Positions 56,684 to 64,000 of a stretch of DNA of 64,000 nt are shown here, piece by piece. The position numbers and the translations under genes were made by a program. The notes below the pieces were generated by a model. It ran no database searches, was not told where the DNA came from, and saw only the letters and a program-made list of their open reading frames with translations. This stretch comes from Octopus vulgaris (lineage: Eukaryota). Positions within the stretch are counted from its first letter, which is position 1; every line of letters begins with the position of its first letter. Where the stretch lies: contig OX597824.1 in the NCBI GenBank assembly GCA_951406725.2, forward strand, positions 39,618,001 through 39,682,000. Reading direction: 5' to 3'.

Positions 56684-56929
56684 TAGATAGATAGATAGAT
56701 AGATAAACGATAAAGTAAGAAAATATAAATACTGGAGCATGAAAACAAAATACAAAAATCAATAAAACAGATGTAATTATTAATACGTAGTATCTTCAAT
56801 TCAATACAAAACTGTTAATGGGGGAAGACTGTCTAAAAACTTCACAAATGACTAATTAAATGCCTCACTTTTAATTTGTTTGAGTGTTGACTCTACTTGG
56901 ATACTGTACCTTGGTGTGAATGTGGGAAC

Positions 56930-57012
<83 letters not shown>

Positions 57013-57297
57013 TATATATATACATACATACATACACACACACATGCACACATATATATACATATATCTATATATACACATATGTATATATATATATACA
57101 TATATACATATGTATATATAAGATGCGTGTGTGTGAGTGTGTGTTGGAGAGAGTGTGTATGTATAATATATATATATATGTATGTATGTATACACATATA
57201 TATATGTATGTATATATACACATATGTAAACACATCTACATATGCACATATATATATATATATATATATAGATTTATATATATACATCTATAAATAT

Positions 57298-57385
<88 letters not shown>

Positions 57386-58164
57386 CTAGTCAGTATTTAC
57401 CGATAAATATAAATATGTGCATTGGCAGAGGACATACACATACAACTATAGTTGCCTGAATAGATGCGCACCTATGTTTTTAAATATATAGATATGTATG
57501 CATGTATGTATGTATGTACATATAAGCATATATAGATAGTTCTATACATTAATATGTGTGTATGTACATATATATATATAACTTTATATATATATACATA
57601 TATATTTATGTATATATATACACAAATATATATACACAGACATATATGTATGTATATAAGAAGATATATATGTTATAAGACAACACAGCATTGGTTTTTG
57701 GTCCTAGTGGGTGTGGATTGACGTATTTTATATATAAACGCCAGAAAAGTCGATCGGAACAAATAATTATTTTCACTCTAGTGGCCAATCATTGATATAC
57801 CCATTTAGCTTGTGGCAACATTGGACATCGTTAAATTATAATCTGATTCCGTTTGTTTGTTTTATTTTTATTTTTCGTTTTTTTCTGGGGGGGGGGTTGC
57901 AGTATATACACAAACACCTATTCTTACCAATTAAATACATATACAAGCTTACGTATGCAGTAATACAAACACAGAACTACACACAAACATACATACACGT
58001 GTTGTGTTTTATATGTATATATATATATATATATATAAAAAGAATTCCAACCTTGTCTGATTTTCACGTTTTATTTACAATCTTATAATGATATATTATA
58101 AGATAATATATTATAATTGAATAAAATAAAATGAAATAGTAGAATGTTAAATATTCATTCTGAT

Positions 58165-58209
58165 TGAACTAGTACTTTCATGCATTGAATTCTGCAATCT
58201 TCGGGTTCA
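58165..58209 (-). ncRNA. Hammerhead ribozyme (CCGAAGA variant) in 3' pseudo-LTR
   Basis: Reverse complement of 61588-61632. Confidence 0.75.
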
Positions 58210-58703
58210 TGTAGTAGTGTTGACAGTCATGCTTCACAATTTTTGACTGTAGCAAGATGAGTGATTCTGTGCTATAAATACAGCTGGGTAGGCTCCAGAG
58301 TGCTAGGTTTTGCAAACTGTATTCTGACCAATCAGTGTGTAGTATCACTCAATTACTTAAGCTGATTGGTTGGTTGAGCTGATTGGTTTAGGCATCACGC
58401 TTTGTTGGACAGGTCAAGAGTCCTGTATCTTGACCCTGGCCGAAGCAGCAATTGTTGGGTTATTTTTAGAAATGTTGTAAATATCCTTTGTCAGAGATTT
58501 TTATATTTTTATATTTCAATTGTCATCATCATCATTGTCAGCACCTTAATTATTGTTGCTAGTGGTGATGGTGGTGGCAATAGAACTTTTAACCCTAAAT
58601 AAGATAATTTTCCTGCTATCTTCGTCTTGATCACCTTTAGTATTGTTGTTGTTGTTAGTGGTCATGGTCGTAGCAGTGGAAGTAATACCTCTAAGTATTA
58701 TTA

Positions 58704-61031
58704 TTATTGCTTATTTAGCTTGGGTTCGAATTTATCAATAAAATTCTTTTCTCTGATTTTCCTCTCGATTTCACTTGGGCTGTGTAATTTGTAGAATGGA
58801 AATATTATATATATTTTCCGACCACATGTTGCTAGGTGGTTACTCAAAGGTATCTGACGGACCTCTGGGTCTCTAATCTGTTGCCGGTGTACACGTGAGC
58901 GTTCTAATAGTGCGTTTCCCGTCTGACCTACATATATTTCTTCACAATTTGGGCATTTGATGCAGTAAATTAAATTTCTGCTTTTGCAGTTCATATTCGC
59001 GTTTGTGAATATTTTCCCGGTTTTTGTGTTTATATATTGACCGGTATGTATGAATTGGCATGTGCCACATCGGCTATCATTGCATTTAGATACCGTGAAT
59101 GTTTGGTCTTTGTTGCTGAGGTCAAATTTTGCCTTTGTTAGTAATGTTTTCAAGTTTTTAGGCTGTCTTTTACTAAGCACCATAGCTCGATCCTTGATTA
59201 TGTCTTTTAATTCATTACTTTGGGCAATGATTGGTAGGTTTGCTTTGGCAATGTTGAAGATATTCTGGTGACATGGGTTGTGTGTCACTATGAATGGTAT
59301 GACTTGTTCTTGTTTTCCTCTTCCTTGGGTTGTCCTAAGTTGTTGTATAGGTATTTTTATAGCCCGCTGTATGCCATTTTCTATAAGTAGAGATGGGTAT
59401 TTTTGTTTGAGCAAAAATTGTCTTAGTTCTATTAGGCGTTTGTTCCTGATATTTGCATCTTCTACAATAGTACAAATTCTTCTGGCTAGGCAGTATGGGA
59501 TGTTACGTTTTGTATGTGGTGGATGGCACGACTTAAAATTTAGGTATTGATGTGTGTCTGTGTGTTTATAGTATATATCTGTGGTGATGGTGGTGTCTTT
59601 TTTAATTACCATTATATCCAGGAATGGTAATTTGGTACTACTCATCTCCTTTGTAAATTTGAGAGATGGGTGTAGGTTGTTCAGGAGGATATTGAACTCT
59701 TCCAGAGTATTTAGAGATTCTGTCCAGATTATGAAACAGTCGTCTAGGTATCTCTTCCATGCCCTTTCAATATACTTTCTAAATCCAGTGCCATAGTTTA
59801 CCTCCACCTCTTGGTAGAGTTGTTCTTCTAAGTATCCCATTACAGAGTTGGCGTAAACGGGAGCAAACCTCGTTCCCATCGCCGTGCCTCTAATTTGGAT
59901 GTAATTCTTTCCATTGAAGAAGAATGTGTTATTTTCTAGAATAAGTTTGACTGTGTCTAATATAAATGGCACTGTGAATCTGCTGGGAATCACTTCTCTA
60001 TGTTTTTCTAACCAGTATTTAATCGCCTTTATTCCTAAATCGTGTGGAATATTGGTGTAGAGGCTTACCACATCAAAACTTAGTAAAACTGAATTTGTTT
60101 CTGTTGTTTTGGGAAGATGGGACAGGAAGTCGATGTCATCCCTGATGAAACTTGGTATGTAAGTACATAGTGGTTTCAAAACAATGTCAATAAAATTGCT
60201 TAGACGGTGTGTAGGACATGCTGGACCAGCTATAATAGGTCTAAGTTTTAGGTCTTTTGGATGTAATAACTTTATGTACTCACTTTCTTGTTCTTTTACT
60301 GCCTGTTGAATGTTTTTTGATTTGTGTATTTTTGGTAAGCCGTAGAAGTTGCTGGGTTTTGGTTCAAAATTGGTGATGTAGTCTTTTTCATTATCCGTAA
60401 GTGAGTTGTGGTGTGTTGAAATCAGGTTGTTGATCTTTTTCATGATGTGGTGGTCTATATTTGCGGGTATTTCACAATAGAAGGTTGTATCCTTCAGTTG
60501 GTCTTCAACCAAATCCTTATAGTATTCGGTATCCATAATAACAATTGCACCACCTTTATCTGCTTGTTTAATTATTATTGTTTGATCGTTTTGTATACGT
60601 TTACATGCAGACATCTCTGATTTGCTAATGTTTGGCCTAACATTGGTATTGCGTCTAAGGGGAAATTTAGACAGGATATCAATGTATTGGTCAAGGTAGT
60701 TATTTCTTCCTTTTGGTGGGGTGAAATTTGATTTATTCCTTACTAGGGATTCATCAATCTCATTACTTTTGTTAGCGAAGAATTCTACAAGTCGTAATTT
60801 TCGACAGAATTTTTGGATATCCTCCTTTAATTCTTGGTGGTTGGCTGTTGGTGTAGGTGTGAATTTCAGTCCTTTTGACAGAAGTTGGATTTCATCATTG
60901 TCAAGATCTCTTTTTGATAAATTAATTATTTTAGGATCTATACGTTCAGTTGTTTGGGGTATGTTTCCTCTTGGATTTTTTCTTTCTCCGGTGTTTGTTG
61001 TCCTGACGTAAAAAAATGGATTTTTTTCTGG
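58704..61031 (-). CDS. PLE ORF2: reverse transcriptase plus Cys-rich linker and GIY-YIG endonuclease (stop-to-stop frame; first ATG at 60614 gives 636 aa)
   Basis: NLS..LLSKGLKFTPTP, ADKGGAIVIMD, FYGLPKIHK, LRPII, FDVVSLYTNIPH, GTAMGTRFAPVYAN, RYLDD, LPFLD, SCHP, CNDSRCGTC, NLIYCIKCPNCEEIYVGQT..ERSRVH, E..I....LN; no internal stops. Confidence 0.93.
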   Translation of the reverse strand, partial: PEKNPFFYVRTTNTGERKNPRGNIPQTTERIDPKIINLSKRDLDNDEIQLLSKGLKFTPTPTANHQELKEDIQKFCRKLRLVEFFANKSNEIDESLVRNKSNFTPPKGRNNYLDQYIDILSKFPLRRNTNVRPNISKSEMSACKRIQNDQTIIIKQADKGGAIVIMDTEYYKDLVEDQLKDTTFYCEIPANIDHHIMKKINNLISTHHNSLTDNEKDYITNFEPKPSNFYGLPKIHKSKNIQQAVKEQESEYIKLLHPKDLKLRPIIAGPACPTHRLSNFIDIVLKPLCTYIPSFIRDDIDFLSHLPKTTETNSVLLSFDVVSLYTNIPHDLGIKAIKYWLEKHREVIPSRFTVPFILDTVKLILENNTFFFNGKNYIQIRGTAMGTRFAPVYANSVMGYLEEQLYQEVEVNYGTGFRKYIERAWKRYLDDCFIIWTESLNTLEEFNILLNNLHPSLKFTKEMSSTKLPFLDIMVIKKDTTITTDIYYKHTDTHQYLNFKSCHPPHTKRNIPYCLARRICTIVEDANIRNKRLIELRQFLLKQKYPSLLIENGIQRAIKIPIQQLRTTQGRGKQEQVIPFIVTHNPCHQNIFNIAKANLPIIAQSNELKDIIKDRAMVLSKRQPKNLKTLLTKAKFDLSNKDQTFTVSKCNDSRCGTCQFIHTGQYINTKTGKIFTNANMNCKSRNLIYCIKCPNCEEIYVGQTGNALLERSRVHRQQIRDPEVRQIPLSNHLATCGRKIYIIFPFYKLHSPSEIERKIREKNFIDKFEPKLNKQ

Positions 61032-61404
61032 TTATGATTTATATTCCTGTTGATGTTTGCTTGATGAATTTTGCGTTTTGGTTGTGGTACTTTACTTGGT
61101 TTCGTTATGTTTTCTGTCTTGTTTTTGGTATTATGTATGCTACTTTTCAATTTCTTGTTAGCATTGTTTTTAACCACCTGGAGAAATGATCTGGGTTTAC
61201 TTCTAGATCTAGATCGGTTTTTTCACCATCACCACTAGCAACAATAATTAAGGTGCTGACAATGATGATGATGACAATTGAAATATAAAAATATAAAAAT
61301 CTCTGACAAAGGATATTTACAACATTTCTAAAAATAACCCAACAATTGCTGCTTCGGCCAGGGTCAAGATACAGGACTCTTGACCTGTCCAACAAAGCGT
61401 GATG

Positions 61405-61555
61405 CCTAAACCAATCAGCTCAACCAACCAATCAGCTTAAGTAATTGAGTGATACTACACACTGATTGGTCAGAATACAGTTTGCAAAACCTAGCACTCT
61501 GGAGCCTACCCAGCTGTATTTATAGCACAGAATCACTCATCTTGCTACAGTCAAA
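61405..61555 (+). promoter_or_regulatory. Putative Pol II promoter in the pseudo-LTR
   Basis: CCAATCAG at 61411 and 61428, inverted CTGATTGG at 61462-61469, TATTTATA at 61517-61524, Inr-like ACAGT about 30 nt downstream. Confidence 0.55.
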
Positions 61556-61587
61556 AATTGTGAAGCATGACTGTCAACACTACTACA

Positions 61588-61632
61588 TGAACCCGAAGAT
61601 TGCAGAATTCAATGCATGAAAGTACTAGTTCA
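61588..61632 (+). ncRNA. Hammerhead ribozyme (CCGAAGA variant) in 5' pseudo-LTR
   Basis: tgaac CCGAAGA t tgca gaattcaa tgca t GAAA gtac TA gttca; palindromic AGTACT stem III as in dimeric minimal hammerheads. Confidence 0.75.
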
Positions 61633-61837
61633 ATCAGAATGAATATTTAACATTCTACTATTTCATTTTATTTTATTCAATTATAATATATTATCTTATA
61701 ATATATCATTATAAGATTGTAAATAAAACGTGAAAATCAGACAAGGTTGGAATTCTTTTTATTAATATATTCTTCTATACACAATCACACACACCCATAT
61801 ATATATATATCTATATTCCTATTGTGTATATGCCAAC

Positions 61838-63130
61838 ATGTCTGGAAAGCAACAAACAAAATTAACAGAATCCGAAAGAATTCTAATGGAAATTTCATCG
61901 AAATTATCAACACTCATCACGATGATTGACACACAATCCTCTATTTTAAAGGAAATAGAAAAACAGTCTACAGACGGAAAACTTGGAAATGAACACATAA
62001 ACTCTGAAATTAAGAATTTAGCTGAAATGATACCAACAATTATAAAATCTACAAGAGAAAGCCTACCACAACCTCCTTGGATGTCAGAAATAAACGAAAG
62101 AAATCTGGAAAAAGAGGCACACCGAAAAAGAGAAGAGATACAGAAGACATGGAAAAAACTCCTTAACATAAGAAAACAAAACTTCTGGAAGGCATATAAA
62201 TGCGAAAAATATGCTGAAATACATTCGAAATGGATATCTTTAGCGGCACCCATACTTCCTCGGAAGTACCTAATTAAAGAAATTGCAGGAGAACCAGAGG
62301 AAGAAACTAAACTTCGATGGGACCTTAGTTTGATAAAATTCAGGACCGACATCTCCATTACCCTGTCTAAACAATCCCGCTACAAAGCCAAATACGAAGC
62401 TATCGATGATCAAATCAGAGATGAAATATCCAAACTAACGACCGGCAATATAGCAGAAAAAATGCGAGAACTATGGATCAGAGATATCTCAAAAGAAGAA
62501 AGCAGATCAAGAAAGTTTTGGCAGCGGAAACAATTATTTCTCGACAAATATGCTATAAATTACGGTAAAGACACCAGAACTCCGAGAAATAGCATTAAAA
62601 GTGGACAACCTCACCAACGCAACATACACCAGAACACGTGGCAACATGAACACCCGTTTCACCACGAATCGAAGACGAACTACGGTAAGAACTCTTCCCA
62701 TTTTGTATGCAAACACCCTAATGCACACAACATGAACAAAAAGCACAAACAAAATAGATATTGTTTTGAACAGACCATTAGCAGTAGAAATAACAGGAGA
62801 TCATTTTCAAGACCTCAACAGAGATTACCCACAAGAAACTGGACAAAAAACCGATCTAGATCTAGAAGTAAACCCAGATCATTTCTCCAGGTGGTTAAAA
62901 ACAATGCTAACAAGAAATTGAAAAGTAGCATACATAATACCAAAAACAAGACAGAAAACATAACGAAACCAAGTAAAGTACCACAACCAAAACGCAAAAT
63001 TCATCAAGCAAACATCAACAGGAATATAAATCATAACCAGAAAAAAATCCATTTTTTTACGTCAGGACAACAAACACCGGAGAAAGAAAAAATCCAAGAG
63101 GAAACATACCCCAAACAACTGAACGTATAG
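61838..63130 (+). CDS. PLE ORF1, 430 aa; helical/coiled-coil-like N-terminal 240 aa and basic N/H/Q/RS-rich tail; function unknown
   Basis: Long uninterrupted ORF in AT-rich DNA, ATG in ccaacATG context 75 nt after the pseudo-LTR, overlapping ORF2. Confidence 0.85.
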   Translation: MSGKQQTKLTESERILMEISSKLSTLITMIDTQSSILKEIEKQSTDGKLGNEHINSEIKNLAEMIPTIIKSTRESLPQPPWMSEINERNLEKEAHRKREEIQKTWKKLLNIRKQNFWKAYKCEKYAEIHSKWISLAAPILPRKYLIKEIAGEPEEETKLRWDLSLIKFRTDISITLSKQSRYKAKYEAIDDQIRDEISKLTTGNIAEKMRELWIRDISKEESRSRKFWQRKQLFLDKYAINYGKDTRTPRNSIKSGQPHQRNIHQNTWQHEHPFHHESKTNYGKNSSHFVCKHPNAHNMNKKHKQNRYCFEQTISSRNNRRSFSRPQQRLPTRNWTKNRSRSRSKPRSFLQVVKNNANKKLKSSIHNTKNKTENITKPSKVPQPKRKIHQANINRNINHNQKKIHFFTSGQQTPEKEKIQEETYPKQLNV

Positions 63131-64000
63131 ATCCTAAAATAATTAATTTATCAAAAAGAGATCTTGACAATGATGAAATCCAACTTCTGTCAAAAGGACT
63201 GAAATTCACACCTACACCAACAGCCAACCACCAAGAATTAAAGGAGGATATCCAAAAATTCTGTCGAAAATTACGACTTGTAGAATTCTTCGCTAACAAA
63301 AGTAATGAGATTGATGAATCCCTAGTAAGGAATAAATCAAATTTCACCCCACCAAAAGGAAGAAATAACTACCTTGACCAATACATTGATATCCTGTCTA
63401 AATTTCCCCTTAGACGCAATACCAATGTTAGGCCAAACATTAGCAAATCAGAGATGTCTGCATGTAAACGTATACAAAACGATCAAACAATAATAATTAA
63501 ACAAGCAGATAAAGGTGGTGCAATTGTTATTATGGATACCGAATACTATAAGGATTTGGTTGAAGACCAACTGAAGGATACAACCTTCTATTGTGAAATA
63601 CCCGCAAATATAGACCACCACATCATGAAAAAGATCAACAACCTGATTTCAACACACCACAACTCACTTACGGATAATGAAAAAGACTACATCACCAATT
63701 TTGAACCAAAACCCAGCAACTTCTACGGCTTACCAAAAATACACAAATCAAAAAACATTCAACAGGCAGTAAAAGAACAAGAAAGTGAGTACATAAAGTT
63801 ATTACATCCAAAAGACCTAAAACTTAGACCTATTATAGCTGGTCCAGCATGCCCTACACACCGTCTAAGCAATTTTATTGACATTGTTTTGAAACCACTA
63901 TGTACTTACATACCAAGTTTCATCAGGGATGACATCGACTTCCTGTCCCATCTTCCCAAAACAACAGAAACAAATTCAGTTTTACTAAGTTTTGATGTGG
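63037..64000 (+). CDS. PLE ORF2 (RT/GIY-YIG), forward copy, partial, runs off the window
   Basis: Frame opens after TAA 63034-63036, -1 relative to ORF1; first ATG at 63454; matches the inverted copy except a synonymous change at 63852. Confidence 0.9.

Larger units (their letters stand above)
58035..61223 (-). mobile_element. Neptune-type PLE, inverted copy 5'-truncated inside ORF1
   Basis: Contains the 3' end of ORF1 (60938-61223), the complete ORF2, 3' UTR and pseudo-LTR ending in (TA)n at about 58035; 60068-61223 is the reverse complement of 62845-64000. Confidence 0.95.
61224..61762 (+). repeat. 5' pseudo-LTR of the forward PLE copy
   Basis: Reverse complement of 58035-58573; no mismatch noticed by eye. 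Confidence 0.93.

Noticed and set aside
58402-61395. Duplicated short ORFs MLDRSRV... (58402-58602, 61147-61395)
   Set aside because: TTG-initiated antisense frames within the duplicated pseudo-LTR; no supporting features.

Overview
AT-rich eukaryotic non-genic DNA, very likely from a coleoid cephalopod (the SINE families and microsatellite load resemble Octopus). No host protein-coding exon, rRNA, true tRNA gene or CRISPR could be supported; most listed ORFs are microsatellite translations. The window is a mosaic of transposable elements: tRNA-derived SINEs, decayed Gypsy, Tc1/mariner, CR1-like, L2/Jockey-like and RTE-like remnants, one non-autonomous Helitron, and above all Penelope-like elements (PLEs). 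Three things stand out. (1) A very young Neptune-type PLE at 58035-64000 in a fold-back arrangement, with an upstream 430-aa ORF1 that overlaps the RT/GIY-YIG ORF2 in the -1 frame at a U_UUU_UUU heptamer (candidate programmed frameshift, or alternatively a splice acceptor). (2) Two Naiad-type PLE copies whose only internal stops are TGA; in the 8463-9068 copy both TGAs align exactly with cysteines of the paralog at 2-466, suggesting selenocysteine recoding. (3) At least seven mostly unrelated hairpin (inverted pseudo-LTR) insertions, most carrying a hammerhead ribozyme core and sitting in (TA)n microsatellites.
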